Positions 1 to 11,696 are shown, counted from the first letter of the stretch. The stretch is DNA of 64,000 bases from an uncultured Hormoscilla sp. (GCA_963921275.4 OZ001293.3:4960001-5024000), one strand, 5' to 3'. Translations and numbers: made by a program. The notes: generated from the letters alone by a model not told the origin.

Positions 1-1380
1 ATTTTCATACTTTAGCATCTGAACCAGGGCCAAGACCACCTTTTCATCCCTGGCGCCCAAATTGACCAAGGCTTTTGCTGCACTCTCACGCACCCGAGGA
101 TATTCATCCTTTAGCAGCTGAACCAGGGCCGAGACCACCTTTTCATCCCTAGCGCCCAAATTGACCAAGGCTTTTGCTGCACTCTCACGCACCCGAGGAT
201 ATTCATCCTTTAGCAGCTGAACCAGGCCCGAGACCACCTTTTCATCCCTGGCGCCCAAATTGCCCAAGGCTTTTGCTGCACTCAAACGCACAGAAGAATC
301 TTCATCCTTTAGCAGCTGAACCAGGGCCGAGACCACTTTTTCATCCCTGGCGCCCAATTCGACCAAGACTTTTGCTGCACTCCCACGCACCAAAGAATCT
401 TCATCCTTTAGCAGCTGAACCAGGGCCGAGACCACCTTTTCATCCCTGGCGCCCAATTCGACCAAGACTTTTGCTGCACTCCCACGCACCAAAGAATCTT
501 CATCCTTTAGCAGCTGAACCAGGGCCGAGACCATCTTTTCATCCCTGGCGCCCAATTCGACCAAGACTTTTGCTGCACTCTCACGCACAGAATAATCTTC
601 ATCCTTTAGCAGCTGAACCAGGGCCAAGACCACCTGTTCATCCCTGGCGCCCAATTCGACCAAGACTTTTGCTGCTCTCAAACGCACCCAAGAATCCAAA
701 AGAGATTCATCCCAAAAATTTTTATCCTTTAGCAGCTGAACCAGGGCCGAGACCACCTGTTCATTCCTGGCGCCCAAATTGACCAAGGCTTCTGCTGCAC
801 TCAAACGCACAGAAGAATCTTCATCCTTTAGCAGCTGAACCAGAGCCGAGACCACCTGTTCATCCCTGGCGCCCAAATTGACCAAGGCTTCTGCTGCACT
901 CAAACGCACAGAAGAATCTTCATCCTTTAGCAGCTGAACCAGAGCCGAGACCACCTGTTCATCCCTGGCGCCCAAATTGACCAAGGCTTGTGCTGCACTC
1001 CCACGCACCAAAGAATCTTCATCCTTTAGCAGCTGAACCAGGGCCGAGACCACCTGTTCATCTCTGGCGCCCGATTTGCCCAAGGCTTCTGCTGCACTCC
1101 CACGCACCAAAGAATCTTCATCCTTTAGCAGCTGAACCAGGGCCGAGACCACCTTTTCATCCCTGGCGCCCAATTCGACCAAGGCTTCTGCTGCACTCAA
1201 ACGCACCCAAGAATCTTTATCCTTTAGCAGCTGAACCAGGGCCGAGACCACCTGTTCATCCCTGGCGCCCAATTTGCCCAAGGCTTGTGCTGCACTCCCA
1301 CGCACCAAAGAATCTTCATCCTTTAGCAGCTGAACCAGGGCCGAGACCTCCTTTTCATCCCTGGCGCCCAAATTGACCAA
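1..1380. repeat. 99-bp coding tandem array, about 14 units, one with a 24-bp in-frame insertion
   Basis: GAACCAG(G/A)GCC-type anchor recurs at 21,120,219,318,417,516,615,738,837,936,1035,1134,1233,1332. Confidence 0.95.
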
Positions 1381-1449
1381 AGCTTTTACTGCTTCTTCTA
1401 AGGCTACCTGATATTTCCGCGATTTACTTTCGTCAATGTCTTGGGTCAT
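1..1449 (-). CDS. HEAT-repeat (PBS lyase-like/alphaRep-type) protein, 3' end runs off the window
   Basis: ATG at 1449 with GGAGGA upstream; open frame MTQDIDESKSRKYQVALEEAVKALVNLGARDEKEVSALVQLLKDEDSLVRGSAAQALGK... with 33-aa repeats; not in the ORF track because there is no stop inside the window. Confidence 0.9.
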   Translation of the reverse strand, partial: MTQDIDESKSRKYQVALEEAVKALVNLGARDEKEVSALVQLLKDEDSLVRGSAAQALGKLGARDEQVVSALVQLLKDKDSWVRLSAAEALVELGARDEKVVSALVQLLKDEDSLVRGSAAEALGKSGARDEQVVSALVQLLKDEDSLVRGSAAQALVNLGARDEQVVSALVQLLKDEDSSVRLSAAEALVNLGARDEQVVSALVQLLKDEDSSVRLSAAEALVNLGARNEQVVSALVQLLKDKNFWDESLLDSWVRLRAAKVLVELGARDEQVVLALVQLLKDEDYSVRESAAKVLVELGARDEKMVSALVQLLKDEDSLVRGSAAKVLVELGARDEKVVSALVQLLKDEDSLVRGSAAKVLVELGARDEKVVSALVQLLKDEDSSVRLSAAKALGNLGARDEKVVSGLVQLLKDEYPRVRESAAKALVNLGARDEKVVSALVQLLKDEYPRVRESAAKALVNLGARDEKVVLALVQMLKYEN

Positions 1450-1849
1450 GGTTATCCTCCAAGTTACCTTGAACTAATCATATTATATTGTCGCAAGTAG
1501 GTTGAATTTGAGATATTTTATCTGTCTCGTTAGGCCGCAGGCCCGCCTTCGCGAGATCTTGGGAGCGCTATTCGCACTACCCAGGATCTCGCGAGGGTTC
1601 AAACCCCCGCTTTGGCGGAACCAGGGAACGAGGCTCAAGTCGGTTTAAAACCGACTATAAACCTTGTATGTTAAGCTTTCAGTCCACTTAATACAGTTTT
1701 ATTCTCCACATCTTTTGACGGAGGCGTCCGCGTAGCGTGCGCGCAGCGCATTCGCCCGGCCTCTCCCATACAGCGGTACCGCCTCCCCACTCTAAGCCCC
1801 GGTTTAGAGTGGGGAGGCGAGATGTGTTAACATTGGAAGTATGAGCAAA

Positions 1850-2596
1850 TTAAAACCAGCCTTCCAGTTCTAACTCTTCAATTAATTGTAGGGCACGCGG
1901 ATCGCCCACTTTCAGCAGGGCGGCCTTAGCGTCTTCCCGGACACCTAGATCTTCATCTTCGGCAAAAGACTCAATCAAAGCATCGATCGCCCCAGCATAG
2001 ACTACATTAGAAGGGAGTTCGCGGCAGAGTTCGCCCAAAGACCAAGCGCAGTTACTGCGGACAGCGGGTATGGAGTCTGTGCGCAAAGCTGTAATCAAAG
2101 GGGGAACAGCCTTGACTAATTCAGCATAACCCACTTCTGCCATCTGCGCCAGAGCACTAGCAGCCCAGAGACGCACCGCAGAGATATCAGTTGACAAAGC
2201 ATCCACCAGGGGTGGCAAAGCACGGAGGTCGCGACAGTTACCCAGGGCCCAAACCACCCCCTTGCGCACGTAACCATTCCAATCATTTTGCAGCTGAAGA
2301 ATCAAAGGAGTAACCGCATCGGGGCTGGGGTTGCGACCCAAAGCATAAGCAGCGCTAACACGCACCAAGGGACAGACATCGGCCAACAGCCCGATCAGGA
2401 GAGGAATAGCCCGCCCATCCTGAATTTCACAAAAAGCTCGGGCCGCCAACATCCGCTGCTGGGTTTCTGGTGCTGCCAGGAGAGCCAGCATCTCCTCTGG
2501 ATCCGGTAGGGGTTCCTCTTCAACCGGTTCCATGCGATCCAGAGGACTCTCCAGCTCTGTCTGGCCGTCTAGTAGGAATAGGTCATCATCGTTCAT
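1850..2596 (-). CDS. HEAT repeat (PBS lyase-like) protein
   Basis: VRxxAAxALG motifs (LVRVSAAYALG, YVRKGVVWALG, AVRLWAASALA). Confidence 0.9.
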   Translation of the reverse strand: MNDDDLFLLDGQTELESPLDRMEPVEEEPLPDPEEMLALLAAPETQQRMLAARAFCEIQDGRAIPLLIGLLADVCPLVRVSAAYALGRNPSPDAVTPLILQLQNDWNGYVRKGVVWALGNCRDLRALPPLVDALSTDISAVRLWAASALAQMAEVGYAELVKAVPPLITALRTDSIPAVRSNCAWSLGELCRELPSNVVYAGAIDALIESFAEDEDLGVREDAKAALLKVGDPRALQLIEELELEGWF

Positions 2597-2949
2597 GATC
2601 GCAGTTTAGCAGACTATTGAGCAGAGTCGTTCGCGTAGCGTGCGCGCAGCGCACTCGCGATCGCCATCTTGCCCGTAACCGATCAATGCTGTCAAACCTC
2701 CTTTCTGGTAGGGTGAGCACCGCCCACCGGGGACTTTCTGGTTGCTAGGACCTGCCTGGTAACCCAAACCAGAGGCTCCTGCCTTAAATAGGGTATGACT
2801 TGATGAGGATATGTTCTCGTCAGCTGTCGAGAGTTTCCACCAGGGTCTGTCAAAGGGCGATCGCGAAAACAATTCAATAGTTTTTGACAATATTTGGCTA
2901 TTATAATAGTCATAATAGCCGCAGCTATATTTACAAGCTCAATTATACA

Positions 2950-4025
2950 TAATTGAGCTGCTACTTACTGCGGTTGTATTTATTTTCATCTGACTATATC
3001 TGTTGCAATCAAGCCAGTATTGCTTTCATCTTTCCTGGCTCAATGAAATTGAGCATACCTACTAATTCCCCAAAGATTCTGTCCGATCTACCCGACGGGA
3101 TAATTGGCACTAATGCCCCGATCGCCTACCGCTCTAGCATTTCAATAAATCACCGCGACAGTAAACACTCTTTGGTCGGGACTTACAGGGTTTCATTTGT
3201 AGCATACATTTTTCTAAATGGTAATATACGGTGCAAACTTTCCCTAAGCTTGCTGTTGCTGGCCAGTGGGTTCTTCGATCTCGATCCAACTGGAACACTT
3301 GCACTAATGCCCCGATCGCTTTTGGAGAATCATTCCCTATTTTTCCTAAACTTTCTGCTACTTGCCGGCGCGTCTCTCCATTTCTACTATTCTCTAGCAC
3401 TTACACCAATGCCTCGATCGCTTCTGAATCACTATTCCCTATTTTCCCTAAACTTTTTGCTACTTGCCGGCGCGTCTCTTCTACTATTCTCTAGCACTTT
3501 CACTAATGCCCCGATCGTCGATACCGTGCAAATTTTCCCTAAGCTTTCTGCTGCTTCCCTGTCAGTTGATTCTGATTGATAATACTGTAGCGTAGTTTGA
3601 CCAGCAGCAATTTTCCCAATCAAAGCAATTCCCTTTTCCTTTATTTTCCCTTGCCCTTGGGCTATAATTTGACTCAATAAAGCTTCCTTCTCAAGCCGCT
3701 GCTTCTGCACCATTTCGTCGCGTTTAGTGCCCTGTTCGAGAGAAATATCTCCCTCCATTTTATCGATTTTTTGCTCTGACACCAGCCCTAGGGGAACATC
3801 AATCGGTTGTCGCTCTTTCTTCGCTTTCTCATTATTGTGAAACAGATAATTTCCGGCGATTACCGTATTGAGCATTCCCGCACTAATGTAGCGCCCGGCT
3901 CCCTGTCTTTCGCTCCTCGCATCCTGCCCCGAAACAATAATAGTTTTGCTTTCAATATGAACTTTACTGCCAGGGGCAGCAAAAGCGCCTATTTTCTCAG
4001 CCAACTTACCATATTCTATATTCAT
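2950..4025 (-). pseudogene. Decayed NTPase/HEAT-repeat gene
   Basis: N-terminal ORF with degenerate P-loop (ALIGKIAAGQTTLQ) joined to HEAT repeats (ETRRQVAESLGKIG) spread over several frames with stops. Confidence 0.65.
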
Positions 4026-4152
4026 AGCTAATCATCCCAATTTTCAAAATCTATCTTACAGAGATTACCACATTTTCAACCATCAATAACTTCCGCTCCG
4101 GATCCCTTGACCTAGCGCGATATAATATTAGATCGCGCATGTCAAGCGATCG

Positions 4153-4244
4153 GGGTGCATCTCATATTGGTAAATAGATAACTCAGGTAACGATATAATA
4201 AGGGTTTCAGCCTTCAAACCTAGTGTTTTTGCAAAGATGCACCC
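4153..4244. mobile_element. Small MITE-like element
   Basis: Terminal inverted repeat GGGTGCATCT...AGATGCACCC; similar left ends near 11349 and 38753. Confidence 0.45.
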
Positions 4245-4304
4245 AAGTGATAAATGATACTGCCCTGGGAGGGCGACCTGGTAGACTTTTCAAACAACCT
4301 CTAA

Positions 4305-4745
4305 TTAAAAGCTCTGATGCTCAATTTTACCCGTACTGCCAGCTTGGACAAATTGCCCGATTTTATCGGCAAATTTGCCAAGATTAGACATGGATGGTTG
4401 TCGAAACTTCTGCTCATCTTTAATTTCTTGGAGAACTTCATATAGCATGGAATTTTGGTCAGCTTCTGCTTCTGCTGCTGTTGCCAATTCCTGCATCGCT
4501 TGGGCAACTTGAGGATTTCCCTTTGTTGCTGCTTCTATCTCCTGCATTGCTTTACTATAATCTAAAGGTAGTTCCCTCACCTGTTCAATGGCTATCATAG
4601 TACCTGGAGATTCTTCCTTGAGGGATTCTAGAAACTTTGCCGTCTGGTCAAATACTGCTTCTCCAACTTTTTCTCCTGTTTTTTCCAATGCTTTCGTAGC
4701 TAATACAGATCCAATAACTACAGCCGCCGTTGTTAAAGGTTCCAT
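4305..4745 (-). CDS. Hypothetical protein of a common cyanobacterial type (MEPLTTAA...TKALEKTGEKVGE)
   Basis: 146-aa ORF with GGAG upstream. Confidence 0.75.
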   Translation of the reverse strand: MEPLTTAAVVIGSVLATKALEKTGEKVGEAVFDQTAKFLESLKEESPGTMIAIEQVRELPLDYSKAMQEIEAATKGNPQVAQAMQELATAAEAEADQNSMLYEVLQEIKDEQKFRQPSMSNLGKFADKIGQFVQAGSTGKIEHQSF

Positions 4746-5325
4746 AATTCACAATCTCCTATCTGATACAGGTATTTAAATATACTCTGGAAGCCATTCG
4801 TGATTATACTTAAATAACCACAAATCAATATCCCGTGAGGGGGGATGGCAATAACCCCTCTTTTTAGCTAATTGCTGATGCAGCAAATTTTTACTAGCTC
4901 CAACAGCATACAGCACTCGCTCATCAATCATATTAAAAACCGTGCTCCCATTCTGCAACGGGGTGTCACCCCTCACTTCAGACAATTGCAGCAATTATTT
5001 TCTCATCTCCAACAGCAGGGAAGTCCAGGATGAGGCTTTCTCTGCCTCTGGTGTCGTTAAAGTTTCCATAATTCACAATCTCCTCTCCTATCTGATACAG
5101 GTATTTCAATCTACTCTGGGATATACTCGTGATTATACTCAATTTACCCCAAATAAATATACTGTGGAGTAATGGTAATAACCCCTCTTTTTAGCTAATT
5201 GCTGATGCAGCAAATTTTTACTAGCTCCAGCAGCATACAGCACTCGCTCATCAATCATATTAAGGAACTGCGCTCCATAGGAGCAACGGGGTGTCACCCC
5301 TCATTTCAGGCAATTGCAGCAACGG
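4730..5325. repeat. Diverged direct duplication, about 270 bp, including the start region of the 4305-4745 gene
   Basis: About 4730-5000 aligns with about 5055-5325 (CCATAATTCACAATCTCCT...CTTTTTAGCTAATTGCTGATGCAGCAAATTTTTACTAGCTCCA...GCAACGGGGTGTCACCCCTCA). Confidence 0.8.
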
Positions 5326-5514
5326 CTTCATAGCTTACTGTGTGGGGGATGGCGTTGTAGGTCGGGCCACTTTTCGGTACATGATCGCACTTTACGCTCT
5401 GCAAGGGTTTTGCTACATTTTGGCCCAATTTCCAGGCAGATCGCAATAGGTAATATTGCCAGAAATCCAGGCAGTGTCAGCTTTTTAACTTTTTTCAGCA
5501 AGCCCTAAATACTA

Positions 5515-5625
5515 TAAATAGGTGGACAAAAATATTTACACATTCGCTCGTTGGCTTAACCGATCAATGGTAGGCGGTGCCCACCCTACAGCCCACAGTG
5601 TAATTAATGGCTGTCCTATTACTTA
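5515..5625. mobile_element. MITE-like element; related copy at 47602-47695
   Basis: Imperfect TIRs TAA(A/G)TAG..GACAAAA..ATTTACA / TGTAA..A..CTGTCC...TACTTA in both copies. Confidence 0.55.
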
Positions 5626-6087
5626 GCCCGCGCCGGAAGGTTGCCACGCTGCGCACGCTGCGCGAAAAATCGGAATGACATTGCTTTGTTTGTATAGCCC
5701 CAGTCTTTAGGGCGATCGCCACAAAATAAATAAATATTATAGAATATATACATTGCTACTCTAGCTATGTTATCGGCAGTTCGCCGAACAATTGCCGATA
5801 TCTCGCCAGCAGTTCATCGGGAGTAGCATATCGCTGCCCCCGATCGTCTATCGCAATTAGCGAGCTGCCGCAGCACAGACAGAGGGACCACTGGCGATCG
5901 CACATAGCGGCACCCCGTACCATGTCCTTGATGCTTTGATGATGGTAAGCTGATTGGTGCTGTTGAGTACAGTCGCGAACTTATCTTTCCCTTAATCTCA
6001 GAACCAGTGACGGGCAGGCGATCCGCCCGCCCTACGCACCCCGGGCAGGCGATCCGCCCGCCCCACGGACCATTAACCACCGACATA

Positions 6088-7479
6088 ATGACAGAACTGA
6101 CACCCAACTCTAGCTTTAGCTTGAAGATTCGCCTAGAATTGCCTAATCGCGCCGGATCCTTGGCCAGCGTTACCCAGGCGATCGCCTCTGTGGGGGGCAA
6201 CCTGGACGAAATTAATTTGATCGATCGCACGCGCGAGATGACAGTGCGGGAGATCGTCGTAGATACCTCCAGTACGGAACATAGCGAGAAAATTGTGGAA
6301 GCGGTCAAGGCCCTGCCGGAAATTAAGGTACTCCAGATCTCCGATCGCACCTTCGACATGCACCAAGGGGGCAAAATCACCGTCGGCAGTAAGCTGCCAC
6401 TCAAAGGTCAGGGGGATCTGGCAATGGCCTACACCCCCGGCGTGGGTCGCATCTGTAGGGCGATCGCCGAAAAGCCCGAAGAAGTCTACAACTTGACCAT
6501 CAAGCAAAACACCGTCGCCATTGTGACCGATGGCAGTGCCGTACTCGGGTTAGGGAACCTGGGTCCAGAAGCGGCCCTGCCAGTGATGGAAGGCAAAGCG
6601 ATGCTATTCAAGGAATTCGGCGGCATTGACGCTTTCCCCATCTGCCTGGCCACCCAGGATACAGATACCATTGTCGAAACAGTCAAGCACATCGCCCCGG
6701 TCTTCGGCGGTGTCAACCTGGAAGACATCAGCGCCCCCCGTTGCTTTGAAATCGAACAGCGACTGCGACAGGAATTAGATATTCCCATCTTTCACGACGA
6801 CCAACATGGCACTGCTATTGTCACCCTGGCAGCTTTGTACAATGCCCTGAAGGTGGCGAAAAAATCCCTGGAGTCGGTGCGGATCGTCTTTAACGGTGCC
6901 GGGGCCTCGGGAGTGGCCGTCGCCCGCTTGCTACGTCAAGCTGGGGCCAAGACTATCTTGATGTGCGATCGCCAAGGAATTCTTTCCACTCAGCGCGGCG
7001 ACCTCACCCTAGAAAAACAAGAATTTGCCGTGTCCGCAGCCGGCACCCTGGCCGGGGCCATCCAAGGTGCAGATGTCTTCATTGGTCTGAGTGGTCCCGG
7101 TCTCTTGACCCCAGAAATGGTGCGATCGATGGCCAAAGACCCGATCGTGTTTGCGATGGCCAACCCCATTCCCGAAATTCAGCCAGAGTTAGTCGCAGAG
7201 GATGTGGCTGTTATGGCTACAGGTCGCAGCGACTATCCCAATCAAATTAACAATGTGTTAGCATTCCCCGGAGTGCTTCGGGGGGCTTTAGACTGTCGGG
7301 CCTCCACGATTACGACTAAAATGTATCAGTCCGCTGGGGCCGCGATCGCCTCCTTGATCGCCCCCACCGATCTGGACCGAGAAAACATCATCCCCTCCGT
7401 CTTCGATCCGCGCGTTGCTAGTGTCGTAGCTGCTGCGGTACAACGTTGCGCCCGTGAAGAAGGCATTGCTAAATGTTAA
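6088..7479 (+). CDS. NAD(P)-dependent malic enzyme with N-terminal ACT domain
   Basis: DLAMAYTPGV, VMEGKAMLFK, FHDDQHGTA, FAMANPIPE, GRSDYPNQINN; start taken at ATG 6088 (MTELTPNSSFS). Confidence 0.95.
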   Translation: MTELTPNSSFSLKIRLELPNRAGSLASVTQAIASVGGNLDEINLIDRTREMTVREIVVDTSSTEHSEKIVEAVKALPEIKVLQISDRTFDMHQGGKITVGSKLPLKGQGDLAMAYTPGVGRICRAIAEKPEEVYNLTIKQNTVAIVTDGSAVLGLGNLGPEAALPVMEGKAMLFKEFGGIDAFPICLATQDTDTIVETVKHIAPVFGGVNLEDISAPRCFEIEQRLRQELDIPIFHDDQHGTAIVTLAALYNALKVAKKSLESVRIVFNGAGASGVAVARLLRQAGAKTILMCDRQGILSTQRGDLTLEKQEFAVSAAGTLAGAIQGADVFIGLSGPGLLTPEMVRSMAKDPIVFAMANPIPEIQPELVAEDVAVMATGRSDYPNQINNVLAFPGVLRGALDCRASTITTKMYQSAGAAIASLIAPTDLDRENIIPSVFDPRVASVVAAAVQRCAREEGIAKC

Positions 7480-7649
7480 TTGCGTTCCCAGGGTTCACAA
7501 AATAACGAGACTAATGACTAATGGCTAATAGCATTTTGTCAAAACAATGTACAATTAGTCTCAGGATTATCCTCTTAGTCGGTTTTAACCGACTTTAGCT
7601 ATTAGCCTCTGGTTTGAACCAGAGGCGGGCTGACAAATAATAGTGAAAT

Positions 7650-8423
7650 ATGGATGTAATACCCGCGATCGATTTACTAGAAGGCAAATGCGTCCGCTTG
7701 TATCAGGGAGACTACGAACAACAGCAAATATTTGATGAAAATCCCGTTGCCGTAGCTAAACAGTGGGTAGACCAAGGTGCTACTAGACTCCACCTGGTAG
7801 ACTTGGATGGTGCTAAGACCGGTAAACCTGTTAATATGAAAGCGATCGCCGACATTGTCCGAGCCATAGCAGTACCAGTGCAAGTCGGAGGCGGTCTGCG
7901 GGACTATGCCAAAGTTGCCAACCTCCTCTCCTTAGGAGTACAACAGGCAATTGTCGGAACAGTGGCCGTAGAACAGCCCCAATTAGTAGGGGAGTTATGT
8001 CGAGAATTTCCCGGACAAATTATCATTGGCATTGACGCCCGTCAGGGAAAAGTTGCCACCCGGGGTTGGCTAGAAACATCAGAAATATTAGCAACATCCC
8101 TCGCCCAGCAGATGGCAGAACAGGGGGCTGCTACTATTATCTATACAGATATCCAGCGGGATGGAACTCTCAAGGGTCCAAATATGGCAGCTTTGAGAGA
8201 AGTTGCGGAAGCAGTTGATATTCCGGTAATTGCTTCTGGCGGAGTTAGCAGCATCACCGACCTTTTGAGTTTGCTATCACTCGAACCCCTAGGAGTACGC
8301 GGCGTAATTATCGGTCGCGCCCTCTATACAGGTGATGTTATCCTCAAAGAAGCATTGCAAGCAGTTGGTCCAGGACGCTTGCAGGATGTTCCCCCAAATT
8401 TAGGATATTCTACCTTTGCTTGA
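7650..8423 (+). CDS. hisA: ProFAR isomerase
   Basis: [53 protein letters not shown]. Confidence 0.97.
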   Translation: MDVIPAIDLLEGKCVRLYQGDYEQQQIFDENPVAVAKQWVDQGATRLHLVDLDGAKTGKPVNMKAIADIVRAIAVPVQVGGGLRDYAKVANLLSLGVQQAIVGTVAVEQPQLVGELCREFPGQIIIGIDARQGKVATRGWLETSEILATSLAQQMAEQGAATIIYTDIQRDGTLKGPNMAALREVAEAVDIPVIASGGVSSITDLLSLLSLEPLGVRGVIIGRALYTGDVILKEALQAVGPGRLQDVPPNLGYSTFA

Positions 8424-8537
8424 TTCAATTTTAAATGGCAAATTGTGAATGGGAAATATGTAGGGTGGGCAATGCCCACCTTACGGCGACAACGAACATG
8501 GGATCCGCCTGTTTGACGCAACATCCTAGGAATAACC

Positions 8538-9158
8538 ATGACAGAAAAACAGAAAAAGAAAATATTTTCCAGCTTTGATGAAAAAAAAGCTTTCAAGCAA
8601 CTTAAGATTACCAAGTTATCTGGATGGGATCTAGAAGCGCAACCAGTACAGCCGAGTGAGTTCTTTCATCAACGTCTAACCAGACTGACACAGAGGTTTA
8701 ATTTGAAAAATTCGGAAAAAGCCAAAGAATTATTAATTGATGCGATTTGTGAAGAAGGCTTAGAAGGATTTAAAAATCTCATATTTTGGAAAGGTGCGGC
8801 TTTAGAAAGTGATGAATTAACGGGTAATGTAGACTATTTACTTACAGAAAATAAAGGTTATTTAGAAGCGCCATTTTTATGTGTAGTTGAAGCCAAAAAG
8901 GATGACTTTGAAAAAGGATTGGCTCAATGTATGGTGGAAATGCAAGCCTGTCAATGGAATAATCAACAACTCGGGAAAAATATAGATATTTTTGGCATAG
9001 TTACTAATGGTGAAGGCTGGAAATTTTACAAACTGACTGTAGCAGGCATGGTTTATGAAACCTTACTTTATTCTATCAGTAACATATCAGTAATTTTGGG
9101 AATATTACACGATCTTTTTCAACAATGCGAAAGTGCAATTATACCACAAGAGGAATAA
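8538..9158 (+). CDS. Hypothetical PD-(D/E)XK-fold protein
   Basis: VDY...VVEAKKDD..GLAQC, GIVTNGEGWKF motifs. Confidence 0.75.
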   Translation: MTEKQKKKIFSSFDEKKAFKQLKITKLSGWDLEAQPVQPSEFFHQRLTRLTQRFNLKNSEKAKELLIDAICEEGLEGFKNLIFWKGAALESDELTGNVDYLLTENKGYLEAPFLCVVEAKKDDFEKGLAQCMVEMQACQWNNQQLGKNIDIFGIVTNGEGWKFYKLTVAGMVYETLLYSISNISVILGILHDLFQQCESAIIPQEE

Positions 9159-9266
9159 GCGGTCCAGAAAAGCCCGATGGACAGTGGGGAGAAAATGCAG
9201 ATCCGGCGCGCGATGATTTGCTAAACTACAGAGAATCAAACCAGAAGGGAACATTCACCAAAGCTT

Positions 9267-11249
9267 ATGTCGATACCAAAATCAGTATCTAATGTCCTGT
9301 ATGAACTACTCCAGGGTGCTGTGGAAGGACTCACAGAAAAACTCAGGGCCACTGCGGGGGTCTCCTTAGATCCAAACCAACAATCATCTAACGTCCCCAC
9401 CCTACCCAAGAGTATCCAAGATGACCCCCGTTATCAACAAGCAATGGTAGCATATTGGCAGCTGCAAGCCGATATCAAGCAACAATTAAGCACCAACAAC
9501 ATCGAAGCAGTCAACCTGCTGCAAGCACAAGAGTCCGAAGCACGACGGCAACTTTCTCAACTGCGACGGGACCTGATCCGGGAGTCCCAACTGCAGAAAA
9601 TTGCTCTTAAACTCCAGGAGATGCCAGCCATTTGGCAAGCAGACAACTGGTTTGCTAAATTAAGTCGCACCGAAACCGAGCAGATCTTGCAACAGGCCCA
9701 GCAACAACATCGCTTGCTGATCTTGCTTGCACCCCCATTCCTGAGTTCCGAATGCCCAGCATCCTTCCACAATCATCTGCGAATTATCCTCAGCAATCAA
9801 GTTAACTCATTCCTCGGTCAGCATTACCCCCACAACTGCAAATTCCGCCCCGTTCATTTTTATGGCGACTATTTCCTAGAGCCGATCGCCTCCTGTGAGG
9901 TGCAAAAATTGCCCAAGCTTTTGGATCCTGTCCCCACCGGGATTCTTTACAGCGACATTAATGATGATGAAGTGATTTTTCATCTTGGGTTTTGGGCAGT
10001 TCTCTCTGGTGATGTGGCCCTGTTTGCCATGCCAGCTTGGAACTGGTCCGATGCCAAGCAAGCCCTAACAGCAGCTGGTTACTCTCAGAGGGACGCCCAC
10101 CGCGCGATCGGGGAAATGATCGTCACCGTTCACAAGCTGCTGGCGGCATTTCTCACAGACTGGTATTACCTGAATATTGACCCCAGCTACGAACCGCAAC
10201 TGTTTGAGTTATTGTCAGAATTTGACCGAGAAGAACAAAACTGGGCTCAACCCTACATCGCCACCCTGCAACAGATGCAGCAGGCGCAACTCCCCGTCTA
10301 CGAAAATCAGATGGAACAGTTAGCAGATGAAGCCTTTGAAAAACTGAAAGCCGACAACAACTGGCGTTCTGTACGCACCCTCATGGGGTCTAATATCGAC
10401 TTGGTTAATGGCCAGGCCATTAGCCCGGATAGCCAGAGTTTAGCCTGTGCCAGTCGGGACAATAACATCACAATTTGGCAACTAACAACTGGCCAATTAA
10501 TCCGCAGCCTCAGGGATCATTCCCTACCAGTTATGTCCGTCGCCATTACCCCCGATGGCGAGACCGTCGTCAGTGGCAGTCGCGACAGCAGCATCAAAAT
10601 TTGGCAACTGAAAAGCTGCAAATTGCTCCGCACCTTCAAGGGACATGCTAACTGGGTTTGTGCCGTGGCTATAACTCCGGATGGCGAGACAATAGTCAGT
10701 GGCAGTCGCGACAAAAACATCAAAATTTGGCAACTCAAGACCGGCAAATTAATCCGTTCCATCAAGGGACATTTACGGCAAATTAACTCCCTTGCCATCA
10801 GCCCCGATGGTCAATATTTTATCAGTGGTAGTTATGACAATACGATTAAAGTTTGGAAACTGAGTACAGGCCAATTAATTCACAGCTTGGAAGGGCATAC
10901 TGACTCGGTGAATACCCTCGCCATCAGCCCCGATGGACAGACAATAGTTAGTGGCGGTAGTGACAAAAAGATAAAAATTTGGGAACTGAGTACGGGTAAT
11001 TTAATCCGCAGCTTAGAAGGGCATTCGGAGGAAATTAATTCTGTCATTATTAGTGCTGATGGACAGATTATTGCTAGTGGCAGTAGTGACAAAACGATCA
11101 AAATCTGGGAACTTAATACAGGCAAATTAATCCGCACGATTACGGGTCATTCAGACAGTATTCTTACCCTCGCCATCAGTCCGTCGGGGCAGACAATAGT
11201 TAGTAGCAGTAGTGACAAAACTATGAAAATTTGGCGGTGTAGTAGTTAG
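9267..11249 (+). CDS. WD40-repeat protein
   Basis: Seven GH...SGSxDxxIKIW repeats in the C-terminal half. Confidence 0.93.
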   Translation: MSIPKSVSNVLYELLQGAVEGLTEKLRATAGVSLDPNQQSSNVPTLPKSIQDDPRYQQAMVAYWQLQADIKQQLSTNNIEAVNLLQAQESEARRQLSQLRRDLIRESQLQKIALKLQEMPAIWQADNWFAKLSRTETEQILQQAQQQHRLLILLAPPFLSSECPASFHNHLRIILSNQVNSFLGQHYPHNCKFRPVHFYGDYFLEPIASCEVQKLPKLLDPVPTGILYSDINDDEVIFHLGFWAVLSGDVALFAMPAWNWSDAKQALTAAGYSQRDAHRAIGEMIVTVHKLLAAFLTDWYYLNIDPSYEPQLFELLSEFDREEQNWAQPYIATLQQMQQAQLPVYENQMEQLADEAFEKLKADNNWRSVRTLMGSNIDLVNGQAISPDSQSLACASRDNNITIWQLTTGQLIRSLRDHSLPVMSVAITPDGETVVSGSRDSSIKIWQLKSCKLLRTFKGHANWVCAVAITPDGETIVSGSRDKNIKIWQLKTGKLIRSIKGHLRQINSLAISPDGQYFISGSYDNTIKVWKLSTGQLIHSLEGHTDSVNTLAISPDGQTIVSGGSDKKIKIWELSTGNLIRSLEGHSEEINSVIISADGQIIASGSSDKTIKIWELNTGKLIRTITGHSDSILTLAISPSGQTIVSSSSDKTMKIWRCSS

Positions 11250-11696
11250 TTGTCAAACCTAGGACAGGCGAGACCCCTGTCCTAAGACTGGGCCAAAGCA
11301 CGTAACTTCAGGTAGTTAAACAAATATTTACCAGATTGTAATTGCCCGGGGTGCATTTCAGATTTGCTTCTTGGGCAATTGAAAATTAGCGCAGCGTGTT
11401 CCCTGGCTCCCGCCAGGGAACGAGGAAAATTTTAAATTGCTCCATTTGACCTTCGCCATTCGCAATTAGCCATTCTTCGCAAATACAAATACAATTGAGC
11501 AATTGATGACCGAACTGACAAAAAATGTGACGATTTTGATCGTCACACGCCGCAGGCAGCAGGCAGCGCGATTTTCCGACTACAGGGCCTTTATGTACCT
11601 GGGCGAAATGTTGGAGTTCAGTTGCCAGTGGTCAGTTATCAGTGGTCAGTTGATGATTATGACCGGTTAGCTTTTGTTAGTCTGGGAGGTTTGTCA

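Noticed and set aside
174..1376. Pro/His-rich + strand ORFs (174-782, 990-1376), or a CRISPR-like array
   Set aside because: They are shadows of the minus-strand HEAT gene, which has an RBS and an uninterrupted frame. The 99-bp units have no unique spacers.
8460..8485. GTAGGGTGGGCAATGCCCACCTTAC palindromes (also near 2708, 5569, 14455, 47838 and 50187-50262) as novel elements
   Set aside because: Common REP-like intergenic palindromes in cyanobacteria, with no associated transposase in this window.
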